Below the pieces are notes generated by a model that was given only the letters and a program-made list of their open reading frames with translations, made no database searches and was not told the origin of the DNA. A stretch of 63,754 bases of DNA, filler included, from Asterionella formosa (lineage: Eukaryota): the NCBI GenBank assembly GCA_002256025.1. It is 6 parts of 6 records of this genome, joined end to end, with 100 filler letters (N's around TTAATTAATTAA, not from the genome) between each part and the next. Parts side by side here need not be neighbours in the genome. Positions count along the whole stretch, not along the records: positions 62,012 to 63,754 come from NKIB01001301.1; 5 more parts are not named here. The stretch is one strand, 5' to 3'. Every line of letters begins with the position of its first letter. Within the stretch, counting starts at the first letter, position 1. The translations under genes were made by a program, and so were the position numbers. This document shows positions 63,489-63,754 of the stretch, piece by piece.

Positions 63489-63754
63489 AAATGCTAGTAT
63501 GGCTTGTCAGCTCACGCATTGTTGTTGACAACAGGCAGGGACAATGAGGTCCGGAATGGAAGTTTTTCTGGTAAGATTACTGCGCTATTTTGACGGCTAT
63601 ATGAGCAACGCTACTGATAACTCACACTGATCTTCCTCTACATTCAATTGACATTGCAGCAAACCCTTTCAATTCAGGAGCATTCGGATGAAATCCAAAA
63701 GAACTCTGCAATACAGTTGAATGGTGAGTGTGTTCTTGTTGTGTACCTAAATGC
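63489..63754 (+). repeat. About 260-bp repeat unit, apparently starting a second tandem copy at the window end
   Basis: Begins AAATGCTAGTATGG and the window ends TAAATGC; the 29.5-kb copy contains exactly this head-to-tail junction. Confidence 0.8.

Overview
Eukaryotic nuclear DNA, most likely a diatom (inferred from DUF6824-type genes, a diatom-type GT-A glycosyltransferase, a copia fragment and short GT-AG introns). The window is six contigs joined by artificial N-TTAATTAATTAA-N linkers, so adjacency across the gaps is unproven. Host genes: a Ser/Thr kinase with an altered DFG motif, a degenerate YrdC/Sua5-like gene, an 815-aa intronless RI-class LRR protein, a MORN-repeat protein, two DUF6824 paralogues, a glycosyltransferase, UPF1, two unknown low-complexity proteins, and two near-identical contigs carrying PRORP plus a convergent NAD(P)-binding gene (probably alleles). 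Much of the rest is decayed mobile DNA: three pogo-type elements, a Harbinger, an IS630/Tc1-type (Sagan-like) element with a deletion derivative, a Kolobok-like element with a P2X7-C/KolX-like ORF, a copia 3' end with LTR, a ~95-bp MITE in three copies, a tRNA-derived SINE-like family and several unclassified repeats. The most striking unexplained signal is the pervasive intergenic TA-CC(W)GG-TA / TA-CCAG-TA tracts. These parse as stacked Tc1/pogo excision footprints and surround a complete CCAG...CTGG-ended element. No CRISPR, rRNA, intact tRNA or Fanzor/TnpB was seen.
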